DNA of 60,078 nt, filler included, from Dirinaria sp. TL-2023a (lineage: Eukaryota): the NCBI GenBank assembly GCA_051941275.1. It is 12 parts of 12 records of this genome, joined end to end, with 100 filler letters (N's around TTAATTAATTAA, not from the genome) between each part and the next. Parts side by side here need not be neighbours in the genome. Positions count along the whole stretch, not along the records: positions 45,257 to 50,140 come from JAVEBF010001759.1; positions 50,241 to 55,116 come from JAVEBF010001760.1; positions 55,217 to 60,078 come from JAVEBF010001761.1; 9 more parts are not named here. The stretch is one strand, 5' to 3'. The notes under the pieces were generated by a model. That model did no database searches, was not told the DNA's origin, and saw only the letters and a program-made list of their open reading frames with translations. The translations under genes and the position numbers were made by a program. Below, in pieces: positions 49,179-60,078 of the stretch; position 1 is the first letter of the stretch; each line of letters starts with the position of its first letter.

Positions 49179-49842
49179 TCACGTTGCTTTTGGCGCCTCA
49201 AAATGCCTCAGCACCTCCATGACTTTCTCATTCTTCATCCTCTCCGCGAGGCCGTAGACATCAAACATCCCCCAACAGTCCTTAATCCTTGGATCCGCAC
49301 CATTCTGCAAAAATCTCTTCGTATCAGCGAACACTTCCCGCTTGCAAAGAGGAAAAAAGGAAGAAAAAAAAGTAAAAAAAAAAGGAGAGAGCCCAAACCC
49401 ACCTTAAGCAAATATTCCACCACCGTCGCTCCCTGATCCGCTGTTCCCTGCCTTACAGGCACCGCATACGCCATAGGCGTGCCCCAGTGATTAGGCCTCT
49501 GCTCTCCGTCCGGCACATCCATCAGATTAATATCCACCTTCAACTCCTCGACCAAAAACCGCACCAACTCCATCTTCGGGCCGCGGCGCTCCAAGGACGA
49601 GGAAGAAGCGGCGCCTTCGACCGCGCGGTGCAGAGTCCGTCTTCCTAGTTCAGCGCCGTGCTCGAGCACGAGTTTGAGAATGGCTACGGTACCCCGCGTG
49701 GCAATGACTTCGGTGAGTGGCGGGTTGAGGTTGGGGTCTGCGTCGGGATAGGAGACGCGCGCTCCGTGAGAGAGACACCACCGGACGAGAGGTTCCGAGT
49801 TGCAGATTGCGTAAATCAGGTATTGGCCGTCTTGGGCCGCGC
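49179..49842 (-). CDS. Ankyrin-repeat protein, 3' exons only
   Basis: LVRWCLSHGA, LVLEHGA, TLHRAV, VRFLVEELKVDIN, WGTPMAYAV and VEYLLK|NGADPRIKD. Upstream exons were not located before the contig edge. Confidence 0.8.
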
Positions 49843-50140
49843 TGGATGTAGAATTAGCCCAGATTGTTCCCTTTTCACGCTTTTTTGAAAGGAAATGTAA
49901 TGCGGCAGTAGAAATTAGAAGAACCAAAAAAAAAAAAAGCCTCAATTAGATTCCTCCTCGTACAAAGCCCCAAAAACCAACCCAAAAAAGGACATCCAAA
50001 AATCCCCTCCCCTATTCAAGCCAGTAGATTAAAAGATCTCTTTCTCCCCAAATAACGAAGCAAATCATTCCACATCCTCCCAATGTTCTCCAACAAATCC
50101 AAAAAACAAAAGAAAAAAAAACCAGAAATAAATAAAGAAC

Positions 50141-50240
50141 NNNNNNNNNNNNNNNNNNNNNNNNNNNNNNNNNNNNNNNNNNNNTTAATTAATTAANNNN
50201 NNNNNNNNNNNNNNNNNNNNNNNNNNNNNNNNNNNNNNNN
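50141..50240. other. Artificial contig linker
   Basis: N44-TTAATTAATTAA-N44. Confidence 0.99.
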
Positions 50241-52817
50241 GAATGGAAGCAAGTGACAAGGGGATTTTCGGAAAAGTGAGGGAGGCTACGAGCCTACGAA
50301 GCTACGAAGCTACGAAAGCTCACACACGGAACCAAGGGATAGTTTCGCGTGGGAACGTGGACGACGAGACTACCAGTCACACCAGCTCAGACTAAAACTG
50401 ATTCAATCATCGCCCAATCGGGCCCAGGAGATAGCTTGAGATCTTCGTATGATTCGGCCACTCTCAATTCAGGTATTAATTATTACTTCATACTGTCATG
50501 ATGCAACAAGGCCCGTCTACAGTACAGGCTCCGCAATGGATACTTCCAATCCGACCAGTATCCTCGAGCCGCCCTTTCATAGGAGCTGGGGAATCGGAAG
50601 GCCGTGTTGATCACTATTATTGAGCACCATGTCTTGTTCGAAGTCGACAATAATAATGTTAGCCCCTTACTGGCCTTTTATTCATCGGTGTGTCTGAATA
50701 ATCTGATGAAATAATCATCCCCAACATTCGTCCTTGTTCTCCCTGGGCTAGATAATTCGCCGTCCAAAAAGGGTGCCGTAATTTTAAATGAGTCGCACTG
50801 CAATATTAAGATTATCACTCTATTATTTCTTGCGAGAATCTCAATGCAGAGGGAATTCCTCAATTGCAACGTCGTCCAGCAATCAGCGTTTCCCGTGCAG
50901 CAGCACATGCCAGACATGCCACGATGCAAGCCTTGCGCTGCTGTCGGCATCCTCCTCCGTATGCAGGCCCAATGCACAAAAGGAGGACTTTCTTTATCCA
51001 CACTGTGCCGTTCCTGGGCCGTCCCGAGAACATGCTTTTGTTGCTTGTCCGCTATCGCCAAATCAAGGCATGGCCCATGTCTCGTGTTTGACTAGTGAGC
51101 CCCGTGCATCCCAGACCGTTCCTGACTATCCCATTGGCAGCTACTGCATCTTGGCAAACAGCGGACGATAGATTGGCTGTAAAGCCCTCAAGTGGCGGCC
51201 GCCGTTAGACGGCGGCGGGGAGACCGGCTTACCATCGATCTGGATGGTGGGAGGCGCGAACACGGGTACTTGATTCTGTCATAGGAATATGGGATCTTCG
51301 GCCCTTTTCCTTTTTGTGGGTACAAGCAAGGTAGTGTACGTACCAAAGAAAAGAGTTCTTGAGTCTATCCTTATTATTATTGAAGCTCGGGATCGGTAGT
51401 CCGTACCAAGGTTCTGGAAAGTCTTGCTGCTAACCGAGGCTGTTTTGGTGCCCATGCTGGAGGTTGCTAATCAAACCTGTGCCATAATAATCGTGGCGCC
51501 TGGAGTGACCAGCTTTTGCAAATGCAATAATGTGATCCCCATCTGACACCCTTCTTGACGATATTTTTTAAACCGGAGACAGCTCTCGTGCTCGCTCGAA
51601 GCAACATGAACATGGTCGCGAGAATTCATATGTGGAGCCGAACAAGAGCTTGGGTTTCCGCTTGACATGGCCTGTGGTAGGCGGGAGGACTCCATCCTTG
51701 CCTTTTCCTCCCATCTGATTCATTCTGTTTTGTATTGGTTATTAGCCATCGGCTACCTGCTATCACGAGTTTTCAGCTTTTGCCCTGGAGTCCAATAGAC
51801 ATCACTGAAATGTGAACGTGGAAATGGGTTCATCATCAGTCTGACTTCACCGGCATTTTCAACCACTCAATGATGCATCAAAGTCGGCCAGGCTTTCTAG
51901 ACCTAGTCTGTACTGAATTTCAAGTAGGCCAGAATCTCTTTATCCCTTACCAGATGTATTCTGTTAGAATCAAGCCGCATGATCGCATGTCGCCTACTCG
52001 CATACGGTGGCCTCTGCTGCTGGAAGGCCGCATTCCGTAGAGTAGGTTGCCTCTTGGGATGATTGAGTTTGCGCTCAAAGCTTCCATGAAAGGTTCTTTG
52101 CTAGCATGATTGCGTACGACGGGAGGATCACTAGAGGTTGATATGTATAATTTTCCATTCAGGGTGGGAGAGGATTGCAGCATCCAAATTTACCTCATGC
52201 AAGCAAAACTAGGTAGCAACAACACTCATAGCAGTGCTCCGAAACAGAGCACTGAGTACTTAAGTGTTGCTCGTCATGTCATCAGAGCAGGAAGGATTAT
52301 GGTATACTATGATATCATAATACCATTGCCGGCCTGTGTACCTCGAATTCACGCTTAGGCTGCGGTGCTTGGTTGAAACTCTTTATCACATGCATTCAAT
52401 GAATCGAAGTGTTGACCACATCTCCGGTTTAATGGGTCAATTGCACTAGACACTTCTCATCTAACAGTATTTCTACCTCTACATGCCTTACCTGTGCTTA
52501 TCCATGATTGCAATCTCCACCCCAATCACTTTCTGAAGCTCATACTGGATCTGATTCCCATCGTCTCCATTTACGACCTTCCTTAAGCATTAGGCAGCTT
52601 CTCAGTCACCAAGTGACACTACAGCTTGCTATCGGTTCTCTGCAGGTAAGGTACTCGGTCCTACAACATCTTACATAAGCCCAAGTGTTCCTCTCGGACT
52701 CTGTAAGTCTCGTCAACGCCAACGAGTCTCCTCAACCTAAGGTCGAATGCAGCTGATCTGACTTAGCCTGCAAGCACTACTGCATTTACAACCATCCACA
52801 GCTTCGCCGGCTTCGCA

Positions 52818-54127
52818 ATGCCTCCACCCGGCAATCGTAAGATCTACGCTGGTGGCTTTAGTTTCGAGAAGAAGAAATTGTAATGCCCCTGGTTTTACCC
52901 ACCCAGGCCTCTCTCTCCAATTTTCAACATTTTATCAGCCCCCTTTGATGTCATTCACCCTTTCATGAAGCACATTGCTAACCATAATGCTACAGACTAG
53001 AGTCTACCAAACTACCCGAGAAGTATGCCCCCCCATGAGATATCCTTGACGATAATGATTGATCAGAGCTAAATTTAGTCAAAGGATACGCTGCAAGCAG
53101 TGCAAGAAGCTGAAGTCCGTGGTCGGCTATTCACAGCGCCAGCTGAATAACCTTCGTCAAGAACTCGCATACAACCCTCGTTTGCTGGAAGCCGACAGAG
53201 CTTCGAGTATTGTGTGCCGCGGATGCACAGAGGGACAAGTTACAGAGCTTGAGTGCATTGAGTGCGGGTTGGTCAAGTCTTTGGAAGGCTTCACAAAAGC
53301 CCAGCGCCGTGATCCCGATAAAGCGGTACGTTGAAAGCGCCTGAGATTTTCTGGATACAATTACCAACTGTAGCCTCAGCGCTGTTACAAGTGTGTCAAC
53401 GCCGTTGCCGAGGCGCACGTCGCTGGTGACGATGCAGCGGAGCTTCGCCCATACGACGACAGCGACGAAGACGACGAAGATGATGATGCAGAGGATATGG
53501 ACCACGGGTCCATCGCTGAGACCAACGCGCACGCTTCTGTAAGGTTGACCTTTTGTCATTACGGAGGAAAGGACTGACACGATACAGTCGTTTGCTTCCG
53601 CCTCAGATGATGAGGAGTCCCAGCATATCGACCATCACTTTCGGGATCTCGCTCTGAATGAACCTCAGAGAACTGGCCGCTCTGCTTCTGGTACTATGAA
53701 TGATTGGGCAGGGTCAGCCAATGACCATCCTGCAGTGAATGCGTGGAAAGAAATGGCGGCGCAAGAGGATCGTGGTGGCTCCGCCGGGACCAGTCGAAAC
53801 CGGGAGAAGGCCCCAACAGTCTTTACAGGATATGATCCAAGCGGAAAGGCTCACGAACATATCCGGAGCCCTTCTACTGTAGCCAGTGACGACAGCCCTC
53901 CTCGATCAACCTCTCACGTAACACCGCGATCCAATTTCGCCAGAATTAAGGTAACAACTATCTGTCTGAGATCTGCTATGCAGCTTATGCTAAAATGTTC
54001 TTCGCCATAGGGTGGCAAGGTCTTCAACAAGCCTGGTATGCAGGTGCCAGACGCTGCCGAGAGTGCACTTGGACGCCAGCGCGAAGATTACGATAGCGGC
54101 TCTGACTCGGACTTTGGCAAAATCTGA
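52818..54127 (+). CDS. Stc1-domain tandem zinc-finger protein
   Basis: Spliced CKQC..YSQRQL..CRGC..CIEC..FTKAQRR..|RCYKC (four CxxC), then acidic DDSDEDDEDDD and VFTGYDPSG. About five introns. Confidence 0.75.
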
Positions 54128-55116
54128 GGATATAACAGGCGTTTCGGACATTCAGCGTGACCCGTACGTGGTAGGAGATGGCTGGTTGGCGGGTCGGATA
54201 TCTGAACGCCGGACATTACCATGATATGCCAAAGCTGCACTACCATCGGTCATGCTGAGTGTGCTTGACTCAATAGGGTGCGGGCATTTGCTCTCTTCAG
54301 AATGCATATTAACCTGGTAGAAGGATGCTCATAGTCATAGATCTAAGAATAAAGATTAAGCTAAGACCACGACCATCCGTGTAGAAATCGAGCACGCATT
54401 ATTGAACTCGAGTTCCGAGGAAGCGAACATCAACCCATCACCCAAGACAGACACCAAACTTCATGTTTCCCGTAAGTGCGGCATTTCTTGGTCGCATACA
54501 ATGGACGAGTACCTAGAATTTTCTACAGGAACTGTTTCAAGGCTTCCAGAAATAACGCGGCTGTGCAGTTCCTCCAGCATGAACCGCGGACCGGCCCATC
54601 GGGCGAGTGTGAAGCCTAGTCGGCATCGCACGTGTAGCCGCAAAGGTACTTCCTGTGTCAGATGCAGAGGCGTTCGAAGCAATGGGGATGAATGCAAGTT
54701 TTGAATAAACCAGATGCGAAACCTGGGGGATGAATGTTACAAGTGATTAAGCCGTCCATTGACGAGGGATGGAGGGGATGGACTCTTGTCTCGGGATTAC
54801 CCCCTTCAGGGTTCAGCGAGGGCAGGTGACCAAGAGTCCAATCCAGCCTGATTTATTTACAGGACACTTGAATATGAATGGGCGGGGGTGAATGGCTCTT
54901 TTTCACCATTGACATGATCGATTCTGCGGGTCCGTGACCATGGTTCATTGTCCAATGCAGCCTTGCATCATGTATGATTGAAGATTGACAGCGATTGCCG
55001 AAAACACATGCACACATGATGGCACTGATACAAGTAATTTGGTGAAACTGTGTGGCTCTGTGTGGCTCTGTGGGAAATAATGATGGGAATGCTTGCTTGG
55101 TTGCTGCTTGACTGCC

Positions 55117-55216
55117 NNNNNNNNNNNNNNNNNNNNNNNNNNNNNNNNNNNNNNNNNNNNTTAATTAATTAANNNNNNNNNNNNNNNNNNNNNNNNNNNN
55201 NNNNNNNNNNNNNNNN
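55117..55216. other. Artificial contig linker
   Basis: N44-TTAATTAATTAA-N44. Confidence 0.99.
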
Positions 55217-55232
55217 GGGGGGGGGGGGGGGG

Positions 55233-55273
<41 letters not shown>

Positions 55274-58200
55274 CTCTCCTCTCCTCTCCTCTCTGGGGAA
55301 AGAGACAAAAAAGCGATTTGCCACGGTGCACGGTGAGATGAAAATCAATGCGAAGCCCTGGAGGAGGACCCTTTGGTGATATTCGTACAAGTTACTTCTA
55401 GCAATTCAATAGCTTCCGCGTGATGGTGTGGGAGACCCTGTCTGGTGTGGCGGAATGGAAAAGCATAAAGTGGGGGGGCAGGCGTTCGCATCGAACGCTG
55501 CTTGGACGGGGAAAGATTCGGGGAAAGCGGGGGGGTTTTTTGGGCAAAAGAATTGAAATAACTTCATCCTCGTCATCCTTCGACTTATGCGGCGCATCAT
55601 CTGGGCCAGCACTTTCTTCAGGGCGAGAGTGCTCCAGAAGAAATCAGGAGGAATCATATTGCACAGTCGCAACGAAATACTCTGGATTTACAAAGACCCA
55701 CTCGCACGATCTGGTCATTGAAGACCAGATCGACATCCCTTATGCCCCTATTTAGAACGAACAGAACGTCGGTAGACGACCGTCTATTCAGAAGCCGCGG
55801 GGGAGCGAGGGGGGAGTTGGAGTACGGAAGGAAAGGGAGGAGGGCCAGTGGCCCAGTGGCTAACGCAGCTGGTTTAGCGTCGACAAGGCCAGCATGTGTT
55901 CAGGGTCTCAGGGTCTCCCACCTCCATACTCCCTACATCAAGCCGGCACCAAGCCCGTGTCTAGGGAAGGTAGTGTCTACTTTACCATGCAGGGCGGTTT
56001 ACATCGGCTGGGTTGTCCGCTTACGCCTTCCAAACCGTCACTCACGCAGCTGCTTTCCGAAACGCAGCCTCGTGAGGGCTAAAGGAGGGAGTGCTGCAAT
56101 TCTCCTCGCCACAATGAATAATCGATGCTGTCAGAAAAAAGACAATACGTGTTTTCGGACCTCTGGATTAGCGCGGCCAGTGGTGGTCGTCCAATACAAG
56201 GAATCTAGTGGGCATGAATAATAATGTTTGCAGTTGATGGCAAGCGCGTGTCACATGTCAAACATCCGGTTCGCCTTAAAGGAAGTATCTTATTAGTAGT
56301 ATCCAGAATGATCGCGCGCGCTTGAATCACTACTCTGACTACTATTCCGTACTCTCCCGACTTATCCCGTCAAGTCCTGGGCAGTTCCAAGATGAGTTGG
56401 CCGCTGACGCTCTGCAGCCACCTGCCCTTCGTCGACTTAGATCTCCGACCTAGATCTTGCTTTTGCATGCATGACTTGATCCGCTACACCAAGCACCCCC
56501 CTGTGGGCTACCACGGCCACCTGTCAATTGTCAAAGGACTCGGGATCTGGGGCGCGACGTCACTGGCATCATTGCGCTGGTCCATTTTCTTCAAAGACTT
56601 TTGCGCGGGGAAACGGGTTTTGGGATATTGGTGCATGCAGCTGACCGGTTTGGGGCATGGGGAATGCGTGACGTCTTCATGCAACGAGCGTCTGCGCCAA
56701 TTGATGATCCGAGTGGCTAAGGCGGGCATCAGCTCCCAGCGACCCGGTTGGCATGAAGTCTTGCATGTGGCGGGCTCTAGCTCATCACGTTTTGCTCGAA
56801 GGAATAAATGGTGTTGCCCAAATGTCGAGCAGGATTGGGCATCAACCGATGAAGGATTACTGAAAAAATAGTTAAATGAGGACCGGTCGGAGAAGCACAT
56901 TTAAATCCCTAGCTGTAAAGCAGAAATTGTTGCGCGTTTTGCATTTCGGCCAAATTTCACTAATCTCGGGAGGACATACAACGTGTACGAGCATGTCGGC
57001 GAAGAGAAGTCGAAGGTTGTGTGGCTTGTGGAGCGACGATGGGGAAGAGGCCCGAGCGCTGGGCAAGGAGCTGCTTAAGTGTAGAACCCCACGCTGGATT
57101 GGCGTGGGGGCTCCAGACCCTGAATGACCATTGACCAGACACCGCCAGAGGCCATTATTCCGACTTTTAAGAATTGATCCACCTGATCTGGAGGATGAGA
57201 ATAAATCTTGGACCAGAACATGAATACGGTGGACAGCGGACGACTGCAATAACAATGCTCCTTGCGAACTAACAAGAGTCAAGCGTCTTGGGAATATGAA
57301 AAAGGACATGCGGGAAGAGATCTTGGAAAAGCGAGAATATTAATACTGAACCGAGACCAAATCATGAAAGTTGGTCGCAAAAAGATCAAAGATGATACTT
57401 GCTAGGAAAACCATCGAAACCCACATGTATGTACTTTAGGCGGCCCTTGGCGACGGTTGTGTCTGCGATAAATGTCAGGGCTCCTGGTGGCAGGGATAGC
57501 CTACTAGTCAACGACTTGACGACATGACAACTGAGCTATAGTTTGGAAAGTGTACGTTTAACCAGCTTGAGATCATCTCTGAGAGAGGATTGCCCGTGAT
57601 GAAAATGTAATTATCCTGTTACGATGTGCAAAACTGAATTGCTCTGACAGTTGGTGGTAGCCGGACGCTTTCCTATTTCATGTTGGTCCTCGCTGGGGGT
57701 GCCAAGCGTAAAACTTTCTTAGCTTTGATGTCTGGGACAGATTGCGAAGTGATCTTCAACATCGGGGTAAAAATGGATGGAGATTGCAGTGAAATAACTT
57801 CTAGACGTGTCTCCTGTGACATGAAGGTTGAGAATCGCTGTAAGGTATCCTGTAGAATTTCATGTGTGGCTGCAAGTCTGTCTCTTCTTGCCATATCGTA
57901 GGTACCTTAATTTTTAGAGTCAAAGTCCCCAAAACGCTGCAAACGTAGAATGTGGACCGACTTGCAACATAACAAAAGTATTAAGTAATCACCCATGCAG
58001 CTGGGATTGAATTAGGATGCTGAGGAAAGGCAGCTTTATATATACAGCTTGTGCTTGGCACATGGCGCAACCGGACACAGATAAGACGATACGCAGCAGA
58101 TAAGCACCTTCTCCAAAGGCGAATAGCATGGTGCATGCTCCAACTGCAATCTAGCGACCAAGGCAACATGTTGTAGTCTTGATAGATACACAACAGAACC

Positions 58201-58953
58201 GGAAAGCGCCAGTGATGCGGAAGAAAACGGTCTATTGCTGCGACACGCTCATACCTCCCTGGGGTAAGGTGCCTTACCTAAGATAGCCTGTGAGACTGCG
58301 GTAAGGTACCTAGTACTCCGAGGGAGTAACCTTAGTAAGTGATGATTGAATTACCTGGCTAGGACACCGCGGATAGATAAGGCTCAGATGCATGTCACTC
58401 GACCTTTATCGCCTTGCAGACGCGAGACATAATCTCCGCAGTGTCGCTTCGCTAAACATTCGAAGCGCACAAACTGCGTTAAGTAAGCTGCTCACAGACC
58501 GTCGGTAGTAATGTGCTACGCCCGTGCTCTGCTTTCAATTGCCGAAAACAGATGTATCCCACGACTTCGAAATAATCTAGAAGCCCTTTCCAGATGCCAT
58601 GACCTCTTAGGTCCGTGCTGGAACTTGGGCAGCATGCGTAATAGGAGGTTTGATTTCTCTGCAGTGTCGGACGCTGCAATGGTGACAGCAGACACCCCGT
58701 GGCAGGATCCACTTGGATGTTCAACTTCCGTAGAACTTCTGAGCGTTAAGCCGTTTGTAAAGGCTGCACTGTCCAGCTAAAAACATAAAAAGCTTCGAAC
58801 ACAGCCGGGTGGGGGTTTTTCATTCTGTAATGCTCTTCACCGTAGTATCGCCATTGGTTACTATGGTGAATTCGGCCATAGAACGAAGTCTCGCTTCCGT
58901 ACTGTTGGATCGGGACACGAATACAGTTCATGAAGCCTTACGGCACCAATGTC

Positions 58954-59676
58954 CTACCATCCTTGTTCGCCAACCAGTCGTGCATCTGTCACTTCTTGCT
59001 CGGTAACTGTGCGCCATTCCGTCACTGGGATCCAGCCAATGTATGCACGGTCTCCAAACCCGCCAATCCAGTAAATGTTCTCCACGACGAGTCGGGCCCA
59101 CCAGCTCTCGTGGATCTTATTCCCAGGCGTCCATGCTTTTGCATCTGGATGTGCCTTTAAAAAGCAGGAGTGGACGTCGCCCTCTTCGATTTCTGCAGGG
59201 GTCAATCGTTCAATATGACCAACAAGACTGAAGCGTGGGAGATTCGCGGGGGAGTAGGTATAGATGTCATCAGCAGGGGGGTGATCGGCTGGAGGGTGAT
59301 AGCGTAGCGAGAGAGTGACATTGCTACCCGCACGAGCGTTCTTGAAACTGGTTGCAATGCCGATAGCGAGGATGGTTGGATCATGCATCTGAGGACCACA
59401 TGAGGCATAGTAGTCCATTAGGCCAACTGGGGCCCCTTCGACATTGTCCGGCCTGTTCTCGAAGGCAGAGGATGTATGTCCAGGGAAGACGGTAGACAAG
59501 GTAGCGATAGATGAGATATTTAGGATACGTCGAGCTTGTATGGCTGACTCGTGGACAGTCGGGATGCGGTGTGTAGACGGGCCAGCAGAGTCAGGATTCT
59601 CGAAGACATACTGAAGACCCAGAGCAGCTGCATGCGAGGCTTGTAGGGATAGCAGCAGAAAAGCTGTAACCAGCAT
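58954..59676 (-). CDS. Secreted CREG-like / pyridoxamine-5'-phosphate-oxidase-like split-barrel protein
   Basis: Signal peptide MLVTAFLLLSLQASHA, IPTVHESAIQARRIL, PVGLMDY, NLPRFSLVG, CFLKAHPDA and YWIGGFGDRAYIGWI. The 3' end could be extended by an intron near 58957. Confidence 0.85.
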   Translation of the reverse strand: MLVTAFLLLSLQASHAAALGLQYVFENPDSAGPSTHRIPTVHESAIQARRILNISSIATLSTVFPGHTSSAFENRPDNVEGAPVGLMDYYASCGPQMHDPTILAIGIATSFKNARAGSNVTLSLRYHPPADHPPADDIYTYSPANLPRFSLVGHIERLTPAEIEEGDVHSCFLKAHPDAKAWTPGNKIHESWWARLVVENIYWIGGFGDRAYIGWIPVTEWRTVTEQEVTDARLVGEQGW

Positions 59677-60078
59677 GACTATAACAGGAACAACAGCGTG
59701 GGTAGAGGACGTGTATGTGGCTCGGACGGCTTGACAATACCGCAGTATCCGCGCGTTGGCGCGGAGTAGAGTGAGACCAAATCTTGTAATTTGCTTCTGG
59801 AAGGTCGAGCTGTAGTAGAAACAGCTCTGATACGGGTATGGCGGCCACTTGTCGTCGCTGAAGACGATGGGATACGGAGGAGGGAAAGGCAGGCTTTGCT
59901 GTGTGGAAGATTGAATTGATGGTGTGAAAATCGTGAAGAGATATTCGATCACCTCGCTCACCTCGCTCTTGGTGCTCTAGGATATCTGATAGTACTTAAT
60001 AAGTAAAGTAGTACTAAATGGTGACCCGCACTTCACTGCAAATCAGACCGAGCTCACCCCCCTCTCACAATTTCCCCC

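Noticed and set aside
55217..55295. Poly-G/poly-T run as a telomeric or retro-element tail
   Set aside because: Low-complexity contig edge like other break points; no TTAGGG repeats.

Overview
Intron-rich filamentous ascomycete (Pezizomycotina) DNA. The window is not one locus. It is 12 contigs of about 4.9 kb, in strictly decreasing length, joined by an artificial 100-bp N44-TTAATTAATTAA-N44 linker, so adjacency across linkers carries no meaning. Recognisable genes: a Zn2Cys6 transcription factor, a PPPDE-thioredoxin-PUL fusion, RNR2, OAC1, SWD2 (partial), a FlbD-like Myb factor, a CsgA-like SDR, a SesB/NB-ARC/TPR NLR, an M1 aminopeptidase, two CorA-superfamily proteins, a TPR-repeat NLR tail, VPS4, prenylcysteine oxidase, DUF6594 and ankyrin fragments, an Stc1-domain protein and a CREG-like protein. 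The most unusual contig is 35266-40163. It holds a stop-riddled DUF3435 tyrosine recombinase (Starship captain family) that the ORF track misses. That gene was inactivated by a RIP-like process with a strong CpC->TpC bias and is cut off by an LTR-like element. Downstream of it lie a GATATC-rich asymmetric tract and a six-unit modular repeat array. Family assignments come from motif recognition by eye; no database search was run.
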